Source: Sandaracinaceae bacterium
GTDB lineage: Bacteria > Myxococcota_A > Polyangia > Polyangiales > Sandaracinaceae
Direction: 5' to 3'
Assembly: GCA_044220955.1 (NCBI GenBank)
Contig: JBGAQA010000001.1
Location: 70,962 to 134,961 of the forward strand
Length of the DNA: 64,000 nt
The notes under the pieces are model-generated. The model had not been told where the DNA came from. It ran no database searches and saw nothing but the letters and a program-made list of their open reading frames with translations. Both the position numbers and the translations under genes were made by a program. Position 1 is the first letter of the stretch, and every line of letters starts with the position of its first letter. Below are positions 18,634 to 28,565 of the stretch, piece by piece.

Positions 18634-20318
18634 GCGAGCGGCGACCGAAGCTGCTCATCGTCGACGACGGTGACCGCTACGTCGAGCTCGGGCACGCGCT
18701 GCTGCGGGACTACGACTACGCGACGCGCTGCGATCTCCCGGGCCCCTGCTGGGAGTGCGAGCGCCGCCCCGACTGCACGCTCACGCATGCGCACGACGCG
18801 GCCGAGGCCGAGGAGGCGCTCCGCAAGAACCGCGACGTCGACGTGGTACTGCTCGACGTCGCCTTCGACGTGCCCGTCGAGCGCCTGCTGCCCTCGAGCG
18901 AGAAGAACCTCGAGCGGCGCCGACGGCTGCAGGGAATCGAGATCCTGGCGCACCTGCGCCGCGCGCGCGCCGATCTGCCGGTCATCTTGATGACGTCGGA
19001 GGAGCAGCTCGCGTACCAGGACGCAGCCGAGGCGCTCGCCGTGGACGAGTTCGCGTCGCTGGCGGGGGAGGCGGCGTTCGACGCGCGCGCGCTCTCCCTG
19101 CTCGTCGAGCGCGTGCTCGCGCGCCACGCCGACTCACCGGAAGCGGGCGGCTACACGTGGGGCAGCTCCCAGGCGATGGCCCGCCTGCGCCGTGACGCGA
19201 GCGCGCTCGCCCGAACGTCGCTGCCGATCCTGGTGCTCGGCGAGCCCGGCACGGGCAAGAGCGCGCTCGCCGAGCGCGTCCTGCACCCGCTCACGCGGCG
19301 CAAAGGGCCCTTCGTGGCCGTCGACCTCGCGTCCATCCCCGAGACGCTCGTCGCCTCCGAGCTCTTCGGCACGACGCGCGGCGCGTTCAGCGGCGCGGTC
19401 GATCGACGCGGGCGCTTCGAGGAGGCGAGCGGAGGCACGCTCTTCCTCGACGAGGTCGGCAACCTCCCGCCCGAGGCGCAGCGCATGCTCCTCTTGGCGC
19501 TCCAGGACTCGCGCATCACCCGACTCGGCGAGAGCGCCCCGCGCCCCGTCGACGTGAAGCTCGTCGCAGCCACCAACGCCGACCTCGCGGCCCGCGTGCG
19601 AGCGGGGACGTTCCGCGCAGACCTCTACGCCCGCCTCAACCCGGCGGCACGCCTCACGATGCCGCCGCTGCGCGAGCGCATGGACGATCTCGACGTGCTC
19701 GCCAAGGCGCTCCTCAAGAAGAAGCTGGCGGGCGGCGCCGACCGGGAGCTGCTCGCCGACTACCTCGAGGCAACGCAGCTCTCGGGGACTCCGCACGCGG
19801 AGCTGCACCTCGGGCGCGTACCGAGGCAGCTCGATCGCGGCGTGGCGCTCGTGCTCTCGAAGAGCAGCGTGCGCGAGCTACGCGGCCACTCGTTCCCCGG
19901 AAACGTTCGCGAGCTCGAGCTGCTCGTGGCGAACGCCGCCGTGTTCACGATCGCCGACGCGCTGAGCGCCGCGCACGAGGGGCGCGCCCAGGCGGGCGCG
20001 CGCATCCTGCCGATCCCGGAGAAGCTCGTCCGCGAGCTGCTCGGCGCGGGCGCGCCGGAGCCGCGGCGCGAGCGGGCCGCGCGAGGCCGCGCCGAGCTCG
20101 AGGTGCGACCCTCCCCGACACTGCACGGCGTCGCGCACCACCTCGAGCGCCAGCTCTACGAGCGCCTCTTCGCCGAGACGGCCGGCGACTTCGAGGCGAT
20201 GGCGCAGCGACTGCTCGACGCTCCCGGTCCGACCGGCGCCCGGAAGGTCCGGCTCCGCTTCAACCAGCTGGGCCTGAAGGCCCGTGGCGGGGGCAGGCCG
20301 AAAGTAGACGATTCATAG
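18630..20318 (+). CDS. Sigma54-dependent transcriptional activator (receiver + AAA+)
   Basis: LIVDDG, LLDVAF, GEPGTGKS, SELFG..RGAFSGA, LFLDEV, FPGNVRELE. Confidence 0.92.
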   Translation: MSERRPKLLIVDDGDRYVELGHALLRDYDYATRCDLPGPCWECERRPDCTLTHAHDAAEAEEALRKNRDVDVVLLDVAFDVPVERLLPSSEKNLERRRRLQGIEILAHLRRARADLPVILMTSEEQLAYQDAAEALAVDEFASLAGEAAFDARALSLLVERVLARHADSPEAGGYTWGSSQAMARLRRDASALARTSLPILVLGEPGTGKSALAERVLHPLTRRKGPFVAVDLASIPETLVASELFGTTRGAFSGAVDRRGRFEEASGGTLFLDEVGNLPPEAQRMLLLALQDSRITRLGESAPRPVDVKLVAATNADLAARVRAGTFRADLYARLNPAARLTMPPLRERMDDLDVLAKALLKKKLAGGADRELLADYLEATQLSGTPHAELHLGRVPRQLDRGVALVLSKSSVRELRGHSFPGNVRELELLVANAAVFTIADALSAAHEGRAQAGARILPIPEKLVRELLGAGAPEPRRERAARGRAELEVRPSPTLHGVAHHLERQLYERLFAETAGDFEAMAQRLLDAPGPTGARKVRLRFNQLGLKARGGGRPKVDDS

Positions 20319-20393
20319 AATCACGAAGATACGTTTGGTAGCAATCTCCGGCCGGACGTCGCGCGAGGCCCTGGAATCACGTGGGTTCTTCGC

Positions 20394-20409
20394 TGGCGCG
20401 GCGCTCGCA
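20394..20409 (+). promoter_or_regulatory. Putative sigma54 -24/-12 promoter
   Basis: TGGCGCGGCGCTCGCA: GG-N10-GC spacing, about 30 nt upstream of the ATG at 20438. Confidence 0.55.
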
Positions 20410-20437
20410 TCGTCTCCCCCTCGAAAGGCAGGCGACG

Positions 20438-21181
20438 ATGGCGACGGAGACGAAGGCGGACTCGAGCGTGGTGATGGCTCTCTCGGAGCTCGTGCGGATG
20501 GAGCAGGACCGCATCGAGAGCGACCGGGAGCGTGAGGCCAGGCGTGCTCTCGAGGCGCGCGCGGAGCGCGAGCGCGCCGAGGCCGAGCGCCACGAGGCCG
20601 AGCGCCGCGAGGCCGAGCGGGCGGCGCGCGAGGCGAAGGTCGCCGAGGCGGAGGCGCGCCTTCGCCTGGAGGCCGACCGCGAGCGCGACCAGCGCATCGC
20701 CGCGATGCGCGCCGAGCTCGCGCGGGTCGAGGCCGAGCGTGGCGCGCTGCGGGCCGACCTCGAGAGCCGCCTCGGCAAGAGCGAGCCGGCGCGACCGAAC
20801 GGCTGGGCGCTCGCGTTCGGGCTCTCCAGCCTCGTCGCAGCGAGCCTCGCGGGCCTCTTGGTCGTCCAGGGTGCGCAGGGCGCGGCGCAGCCGGTCGCCA
20901 CGCTAGAGGTGCGGGCGCCCGCCTCCGCGCCGGCGACCGAGCCCGTCGCAGCGCCCGTGCAGAGCGCGCGCGTCGAGGCGCCGCCCGTCCCGGAGACGGC
21001 CACGGTCGCGACGAGCGCGGCGCCGCGAGGTCACCACCATCACGTCCGCACGCAGACCGACGCGACGACGACGACGACCGGTCACGCGACCGACCTCGTG
21101 GGCCTCGACATCGACGAGGGAAGTGACGACGTCCTCGGCCCCGACCTCGCGCGCGACGCACACCGAAGCCTCGAGCATTGA
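20438..21181 (+). CDS. Coiled-coil membrane protein, hypothetical
   Basis: SSVVMALSELVRMEQDRI, E/R/A-rich coiled coil, one TM helix, low-complexity tail. Confidence 0.7.
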   Translation: MATETKADSSVVMALSELVRMEQDRIESDREREARRALEARAERERAEAERHEAERREAERAAREAKVAEAEARLRLEADRERDQRIAAMRAELARVEAERGALRADLESRLGKSEPARPNGWALAFGLSSLVAASLAGLLVVQGAQGAAQPVATLEVRAPASAPATEPVAAPVQSARVEAPPVPETATVATSAAPRGHHHHVRTQTDATTTTTGHATDLVGLDIDEGSDDVLGPDLARDAHRSLEH

Positions 21182-21224
21182 CCTGGCGCGCGCCGTGATA
21201 GTCTCCGGCGCTCGGAGGTAGGTC

Positions 21225-21629
21225 ATGGTGAAGCTCGTCAGGGTTCTCGGTGTCGGTCTCGGACTCACGGTCGCCGCCTGCGGCGGTGGCGGCGGCAGCA
21301 CGACCGGCTCCGGCGACGGCACGACGAGCGGCGGCGACACCTCGGCTCAGTATGCCGGGCCCATCGGCTCGACCGACACGGCGCAGGGCGACTCGCGGTA
21401 CCACGCGGTCTGCGCGTCGTGCCACGACAACGGCGCGCCCCCGCTCGCGAACCTCGGGTGGACGACGGCGCACATGCGCCAGCAGATCCGCGAGGGCTCG
21501 GCGAACATGCCGGCCATCCGCGCGGCCCGCCTCAGCGACGCCGACATGGAGGCGGTGCTCGCGTACCTGCAGACGATCGGCGCGCTCGCCGCCGACGGCG
21601 CGACGCCCGCCGCGCCCGCGGCGCAGTAG
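21225..21629 (+). CDS. Monoheme cytochrome c lipoprotein
   Basis: Lipobox VAAC, CASCH, distal NMPA. Confidence 0.88.
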   Translation: MVKLVRVLGVGLGLTVAACGGGGGSTTGSGDGTTSGGDTSAQYAGPIGSTDTAQGDSRYHAVCASCHDNGAPPLANLGWTTAHMRQQIREGSANMPAIRAARLSDADMEAVLAYLQTIGALAADGATPAAPAAQ

Positions 21630-21646
21630 CCGAGGCCCGCGGCCCC

Positions 21647-22270
21647 TCAGCGGAACGGGCGAACGACCGGGGGCGTCTCCAGCACGCTCCGCGCGAACGC
21701 GTACCAGCGCTGGGACTCGGCGCGGTCCGCGTCGGCCCGCTCCATGATGATGCGGTGGTGGAGGCGCACCTGCTCGGGACCGTCGGGATCCGGGACCGAG
21801 AGCAGCAAGCGCTGCGCCTTGGTGCGGAAGTGATCTCCGAGCGCACGCCCGACGACGACGATGCCCGCGAGGTCGACCATCGCGAGCCCGTCGTCGGGGA
21901 GGCGCAGGTGACGCATCACGCGGGTGAGGTCGGTGCCGGAGGAGCGCGCCGCGGTGCGGATCTCGGCCAGCGTCTTGCGCGGTAGCACCTCGCCGCGATC
22001 GAGATCCACGCCGACGCGGCGTGCGTCGATGATGACCTCGCGCTTGAGCGTGTCGTCTCCGAGGTCGAGCACGATCTCGCGGACCGGCTCCTCGATGCGG
22101 GCCCGGGAGATGCCGCGGAGCGGACCGGTGCTCTCGGAGACCGCGGCGACGGCCTTGCGCCAGCGGAAGCGCTCCGGCTGGCGCGCGCGCACGATGTGCA
22201 CCGCCCGCTTCAGCTCTTCGCGGCGCTTCCAGTAATCGACCGCATCGGTCACGCGCGAACCGTCGTACAT
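21647..22270 (-). CDS. Hypothetical protein
   Basis: ORF with GGAG RBS before MYDGSR; GC3-biased codons. Confidence 0.7.
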   Translation of the reverse strand: MYDGSRVTDAVDYWKRREELKRAVHIVRARQPERFRWRKAVAAVSESTGPLRGISRARIEEPVREIVLDLGDDTLKREVIIDARRVGVDLDRGEVLPRKTLAEIRTAARSSGTDLTRVMRHLRLPDDGLAMVDLAGIVVVGRALGDHFRTKAQRLLLSVPDPDGPEQVRLHHRIIMERADADRAESQRWYAFARSVLETPPVVRPFR

Positions 22271-22364
22271 GGCTCCTCCGAAGGACGGGGTATCGCTGCC
22301 CGCCGGAAGAACCGTCAAGAAATCGGGGTTGCGCGGTCGCGATCGCGGCCTAACTTCGGCCGCC

Positions 22365-22703
22365 ATGCCGACGTACGACTACGCCTGTGAGAGCTGCGGC
22401 CACAAGTGGGACGTGGAGCAGCGGATGAGCGAGGACCCCATCCGCAAGTGCCCCAAGTGCGGAAAGCTCAAGGCGAAGCGCCAGATCACCGGGGGCAACT
22501 TCATCCTCAAGGGCGGCGGCTGGTACTCGGACCTCTACTCCTCGTCGTCGAAGAGCACGAAGACCTCCGCCTCGGACACGGGCTCTTCGTCGTCGCCCGA
22601 GACGAAGAGCGAGCCGAAGTCCGAGAGCCCGAAGTCCGAGAGTCCGAAGACGGAGACGAAGTCCGAGGCGAAGCCCGCCAAGAAGGCGGCCTCGAAGGAC
22701 TGA
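22365..22703 (+). CDS. FmdB-family zinc-ribbon protein
   Basis: MPTYDYACESCGH...CPKCG...FILKGGGWY, S/K/E-rich tail. Confidence 0.92.
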   Translation: MPTYDYACESCGHKWDVEQRMSEDPIRKCPKCGKLKAKRQITGGNFILKGGGWYSDLYSSSSKSTKTSASDTGSSSSPETKSEPKSESPKSESPKTETKSEAKPAKKAASKD

Positions 22704-22704
22704 A

Positions 22705-22746
22705 TGACCGATCACGATTCGGGACAGAATCGTTGACGGGCGGTCA
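22705..22746. terminator. Hairpin between convergent genes
   Basis: ACGATTC-GGGACA-GAATCGT flanked by TGACCG/CGGTCA. Confidence 0.45.
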
Positions 22747-23550
22747 GCGGCTCCCGAGCTCCTCGCGCTTCTTGAGCTCGGAGAGGGCGCTCTCGAGCTC
22801 GGCCATCTCGGCCTCGCTCATCTCTTCTTCCTTCGACGCTTCCTCGTCGACGCGCGCGGCCACCTTGGGCTCCGCAGCGAGGATGCCCATCTCGCGCTTG
22901 AGCGCCTCGAGATCCGCGTCCGCGCCGGCCGTCGCCTCGAGCTTGGCGAACTTCGTGCGGAGCACGTCGCCGGTCGACTCCTCCTGGAGCTCGCCCGCCG
23001 CCTCGACCTCGGCCTCGCGCTGCTCGATCTTCTGCTCCATCCGCTGGAAGGCGTCGAAGGCGCTCGTGTCCGAGAGCTTCCCCATCGCCTTCTGGATCTC
23101 CTCCATCGCCTTCGCGCGGTTGTTGCGCGCGATGAGGAGATCCTTCTTCCGCTTGGCCTCGCCGATCTTGTTGTTCAGCGCCTGGAGCGCGAGCTTGACC
23201 TGGTTGACGGCCTGCGACTGCTTCCTGAACTGCTCCTCGTAGCCCTTCGCGAGCTGGTCGTGCTCCTTCTTGCGGAGCAGCGCTTCCTTCGCGAGCTCGT
23301 CGTCACCCGCGCGGACGGCCAGCATCGCCTTCTTGTGCCACTCGTCCGTGACGGCCTTCTCGCCCTGCCACTGCCGCTCGAGTCGCTTCTGGTCGGCGAT
23401 CGCGACGGCGACCTGCTTCTTGACCTCGACGAGCTGCGCGTTCATGTCGAGGATGATCTGCGAGAGCATCTTCTCGGGGTCTTCCGACTTCGAGATGAGG
23501 TCGTTGAGGTTGCTCTTGATGAGCGTCGCGACGCGTCCGAAGAAGCCCAT
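22744..23550 (-). CDS. pspA: PspA/IM30 family protein
   Basis: MGFFGRVATLIKSNLNDLISKSEDPEKML, AG.DELAKEAL, AF.RME.KI. Confidence 0.92.
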   Translation of the reverse strand: MGFFGRVATLIKSNLNDLISKSEDPEKMLSQIILDMNAQLVEVKKQVAVAIADQKRLERQWQGEKAVTDEWHKKAMLAVRAGDDELAKEALLRKKEHDQLAKGYEEQFRKQSQAVNQVKLALQALNNKIGEAKRKKDLLIARNNRAKAMEEIQKAMGKLSDTSAFDAFQRMEQKIEQREAEVEAAGELQEESTGDVLRTKFAKLEATAGADADLEALKREMGILAAEPKVAARVDEEASKEEEMSEAEMAELESALSELKKREELGSR

Positions 23551-23580
23551 GTTCGTGCTCTCTCCTGTTCTGCTTCTTCG

Positions 23581-23976
23581 TCAGCTCTTGCGGAACGCGG
23601 CGAAGCTCGGGACGTGCTTGCTGAGCGCCACGCCGAAGTCGTCGAGCGTTCCGACCAGCTCGTTGTAGTCGAGGTTCTCCATGCGCAGGGACGAGGTCAG
23701 CACCAGACGCCCGCCCGCGATGCCGTAGGCGCCGTGAACCATGTCGCTGGCGTTGAGCTCCAGGCAGCGCTGGTTCAGGGCGTCCTTCTTGGCCGGATCG
23801 ACCGACTCGAGGTCGAGCACGTTGACGCGGAAGAGCGCGACGTCGTCGGACATCTTGAGCACGATCTGCTCGTTCGCGCCCGACACGTCGGACACGACCC
23901 AGGTTCCCTCTTCGATCTCGCGGTGGGGGTACTTGGATCGCGTGAGGTAGGCCTCGATGTCTTCTTTCGTGCGCAT
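23581..23976 (-). CDS. YbjN / CesT-like type III chaperone-fold protein
   Basis: CLELNASDMVHGAYGI..GRLVL....MENLDYNEL. Confidence 0.75.
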   Translation of the reverse strand: MRTKEDIEAYLTRSKYPHREIEEGTWVVSDVSGANEQIVLKMSDDVALFRVNVLDLESVDPAKKDALNQRCLELNASDMVHGAYGIAGGRLVLTSSLRMENLDYNELVGTLDDFGVALSKHVPSFAAFRKS

Positions 23977-24080
23977 CCCCAGCTCCGTCTAGCGCGCGAC
24001 TATACCGCCGATGCACGGACCAACACGAGCGCCGCTCGTGTCATTCCAAGGCAGCGTTCCGGGCCCATCGGGGCCCGCGA

Positions 24081-24995
24081 TCATTCCTCGGGGACGTCGC
24101 CGGCGGGGTTCGCCAGCTTGCGCGTCCAGAGGATCGCGTCCTTGCGCTCGCCGCCCGACTGCGCGCCGTGGGCGAGCAGGCCGGTCCGCCGGAAGCCCGC
24201 CGCGACGTAGGCCGTCGCGAGGCCGATGTCGTCGGAGGGGGCGAAACCGAACGCGCTGATGATGCCCCGCTCCTTGAGATCGTCCGACATGACGCGCAGC
24301 GCGGCCGTGAGCCCGAGCACGTCCGCGTCCTCGGTCGGCGAGCGCAGGATCTCGATGAGCGAGTGGCCGAAACAGTCCTGGAACTCCGCCGTGAGGTAGA
24401 CCTTGCGGCCCTTCTTCGCGGTGGCCTCCACGTAGTAGCGCTCGGCCTCGCGACCGAACGCATCGAAGCCGCTGAGCGTCGGCCCCTCGCCGCCCTTCTT
24501 CTTGCTGCCCCATGCGTCGTCGCGCGCCGCGAGGGCGTCCTCGACGTCGATGAACTCGACGTTGACGCCCGGGATCTCGTCCGGCACTTCCTTCGCGTTC
24601 TTCTTCCCCGCGTTGACCGTGCGCTCCGCCGTCCGCTGGCCGTCGTCGCTCACCTCGATCGAGGCCGTGCGGTCGCCGATCACGCAGCCGACGAGGTGGC
24701 CGTCCGAGCGCTTGTAGAAGCCCGGGATCGTGCCCTCGCGGACGAAGCCGACGCGCGTCCAGCTCGAGACCTCGTCCTTCTCCACGAGGAGGATGACCTT
24801 CTCGATCTGCTCGCGCTTGGCGACGTTCTGGATGAAGAGGCGCTTGGCGGGGAGCGCCCCGGCGCGGAAGTCGATGACGCGGATGAGGCCGATGCGGCGG
24901 TTGACGAGCAGGCAGAGGTAGGCGCTCTCGCTCTTGAAGTGCAGCTCCTCGACCCAGGGGAGCGGAGCGGTCTGAACGGCGGCGGCCTTGGCCAT
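24081..24995 (-). CDS. Tandem GNAT-fold protein resembling beta-lysine N-acetyltransferase AblB/YodP
   Basis: EKVILLV...GFVREGTIPGFY in the N-half; AAGFRRTGLL in the C-half. Confidence 0.55.
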   Translation of the reverse strand: MAKAAAVQTAPLPWVEELHFKSESAYLCLLVNRRIGLIRVIDFRAGALPAKRLFIQNVAKREQIEKVILLVEKDEVSSWTRVGFVREGTIPGFYKRSDGHLVGCVIGDRTASIEVSDDGQRTAERTVNAGKKNAKEVPDEIPGVNVEFIDVEDALAARDDAWGSKKKGGEGPTLSGFDAFGREAERYYVEATAKKGRKVYLTAEFQDCFGHSLIEILRSPTEDADVLGLTAALRVMSDDLKERGIISAFGFAPSDDIGLATAYVAAGFRRTGLLAHGAQSGGERKDAILWTRKLANPAGDVPEE

Positions 24996-25070
24996 GGAAG
25001 CTCCTTGGAAGCGGACAAACCCGCGAGAACCGAGCGCTTGCGAGCGCGAGACCCCGCGAAAATTCGCGGC

Positions 25071-25099
25071 AACCTACGCGCCGACCCAAACGTTGTCAA
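25071..25099 (-). promoter_or_regulatory. Sigma70-type promoter for the GNAT gene
   Basis: Minus strand TTGACA-N17-TAGGTT. Confidence 0.65.
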
Positions 25100-25246
25100 A
25101 GCACGAAATGCGAGCACCGGGAGGGCTTGACGCGTCGCGTCAGAGGGCCAAGCTTGGTCTCGACAGGGCCGGCGACCCGGACGCACCCACGATCTCTCGC
25201 GGGTGCGGAGGGGCTCGTCCGTCCTTCGTCGGAAAGAGAGGACGCC

Positions 25247-25408
25247 ATGTCGGTTCATCCGGATCTCGCGGCGCTCTACGTGTCTGGCTCGGTGCTCGTC
25301 ACCACGTTCGTGGTCTACGGCCTGCACGCCCTCGGGAGCGCGATCGGCCGCGCGGCCCGGGCGGCGCGCCTGCGTCGCGAGCACGCGAGCGCGACCGAGC
25401 CGCGCTGA
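25247..25408 (+). CDS. Small (53 aa) single-TM protein upstream of hemH
   Basis: GAGAGG RBS; MSVHPDLAALYVSGSVLVTTFVVYGLHALG followed by a basic tail. Confidence 0.5.
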   Translation: MSVHPDLAALYVSGSVLVTTFVVYGLHALGSAIGRAARAARLRREHASATEPR

Positions 25409-25420
25409 TACCCTGCGCGC

Positions 25421-26395
25421 GTGTACGACGCGCTGCTCATCGTCGGCTTCGGCGGCCCGGAAGGGCCGGGAGACGTCGTCCCCTTCCTCGAGAACGTCAC
25501 GCGCGGGCGCAACATCGCGCGCCAGCGCCTGGTCGAGGTGGGCGCGCACTACGCCCACTTCGGCGGCGTATCGCCCATCAACGGCCACCTTCGCGCGCTC
25601 AAGACCGCGGTCGAGCGCGAGCTCGCGCCGATGCCCGTGTACTGGGGCAACCGCAACTGGCACCCCATGCTCGAGGCGACGGTGCGGCAGATGAAGACCG
25701 ACGGCGTGCAGCGCGCGCTCGCGTTCGTGACGAGCGCGTTCGGCTCGTACTCCGGCTGCCGGCAGTACCGCGAGGATCTCGAGCGGGCGCGGGCGGCCGT
25801 CGAGGGCGCCCCGGCGCTCGAGAAGCTGCGCAACTACTTCGACCACCCTCTGTTCGTGGACGCCCTCACTGCACGGGTACAGGAGGCGAACGCGAGCCCT
25901 ACATCGGCGCTGGTGTTCACCGCGCACTCGATCCCGGCCGCGATGGCCGCCTCGTCGCCTTACGAGTCGCAGCTCCGCGCGATCGCCGCGTTGGTCGCCG
26001 CGCGCTGCGGCTTCGATGCGCACGAGCTGGTGTTCCAGAGCCGTAGCGGAGCGCCCGGCGTGCCCTGGCTCGAGCCCGACGTGGGCGATCACCTCGCCGC
26101 CCTCGGCGCTCGCGGCGTGAAGGACGTGCTGCTCGTCCCGCTCGGCTTCACCTCGGACCACATGGAGGTCGTCTGGGATCTCGACACCGTCGCGAGGGCG
26201 CGGGCCGACGCCGCGGGCGTGAGGCTCGTGCGCGCCGCGACGGTGGGGACGCACCCGCGCTTCGTGGCGATGGTGCGCGAGCTGGTCGAGGAGAAGACGC
26301 GCGGCGGCGAGCGGCGCGCGCTCACGACGCTGGGCGAGGGAACCTGCGGGCCCTCGTGCTGCGTCGCGCCGGCCGCGCGGAGGCCCGGCGGCTGA
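25421..26395 (+). CDS. hemH: Ferrochelatase
   Basis: FGGPEG, GGVSP, FTAHSIP, FQSRSG, WLEP, GFTSDHMEV.WDLD. Confidence 0.95.
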   Translation: MYDALLIVGFGGPEGPGDVVPFLENVTRGRNIARQRLVEVGAHYAHFGGVSPINGHLRALKTAVERELAPMPVYWGNRNWHPMLEATVRQMKTDGVQRALAFVTSAFGSYSGCRQYREDLERARAAVEGAPALEKLRNYFDHPLFVDALTARVQEANASPTSALVFTAHSIPAAMAASSPYESQLRAIAALVAARCGFDAHELVFQSRSGAPGVPWLEPDVGDHLAALGARGVKDVLLVPLGFTSDHMEVVWDLDTVARARADAAGVRLVRAATVGTHPRFVAMVRELVEEKTRGGERRALTTLGEGTCGPSCCVAPAARRPGG

Positions 26396-26413
26396 AGGCG
26401 CTCGACACCGCGC

Positions 26414-27697
<1,284 letters not shown>

Positions 27698-27821
27698 GCG
27701 GGCCGGAGGATACTGTCAGGGCGTCGAGGGCGCGAATGGCGCTCGCACGCTGCGCGCTTGACGCGCGCGGGCGGCCGGGGAATGTTCGCCCGACTTTTCC
27801 CCGGGAACCGAGCGCTTACGC

Positions 27822-28556
27822 ATGGCGAACGAGACCTCCGCAGCACCGACGACGCCCGACGTCACGATCGTCATCCCCGTCTACAACGAGGAGCCGATCC
27901 TCCAGTCGGCGGTGATCGAGCTCATCGACCGGCTCGAGGCGTTTCCCTGGACCTACGAGCTCGTGCTCGCGGAGAACGGCTCCCGCGACAAGACGGTCGA
28001 GCTGGCGGAGAAGCTCGCGGAGCGCTTCCCGCAGGTGCGCACCTTCAGCTTCGGCCAGCCCAACTACGGCGGCGCGCTCAAGCGCGGCATCCTCGAGGCG
28101 CGTGGCGAGTACGTCCTCTGCGACGAGATCGACCTCTGCGACACCGACTTCTACACGCGGGCGCTCGCCGAGCTCCGGAGCGGCGCGGCCGACTTCGTCG
28201 TCGGCAGCAAGGCGATGCGCGGCGCGAGCGACGAGCGCCCCTTCGTGCGGCGCCTCGGCACCAAGGCCGTCAACGGCCTGCTCCACGTGACGCTCGGCTT
28301 CACCGGCACCGACACGCACGGGCTCAAGGCGTTCCGGCGCACGGTCGTCCGGCCGATCGCCGAGAGGTGCGTCGTCGACCGCGACATGTTCGCCAGCGAG
28401 CTCGTCATCCGCGCCGAGCGCGAGGGCGTGCGCATGCGGGAGATCCCGATCCGCGTGCTCGAGAAGCGCGTGCCCACGATCGGGCTCTTCCGTCGCGTGC
28501 CGAACGTGCTCAAGGCCGTGAGCCGCCTCGTGTGGGCGATCCGGATCCAGGGCTGA
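27822..28556 (+). CDS. Glycosyltransferase family 2 (DPM1-like)
   Basis: IVIPVYNEE, NGSRD.T, NYGGALKRG, DT.HGLKAF. Confidence 0.9.
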   Translation: MANETSAAPTTPDVTIVIPVYNEEPILQSAVIELIDRLEAFPWTYELVLAENGSRDKTVELAEKLAERFPQVRTFSFGQPNYGGALKRGILEARGEYVLCDEIDLCDTDFYTRALAELRSGAADFVVGSKAMRGASDERPFVRRLGTKAVNGLLHVTLGFTGTDTHGLKAFRRTVVRPIAERCVVDRDMFASELVIRAEREGVRMREIPIRVLEKRVPTIGLFRRVPNVLKAVSRLVWAIRIQG

Positions 28557-28565
28557 CGCGAGCCC

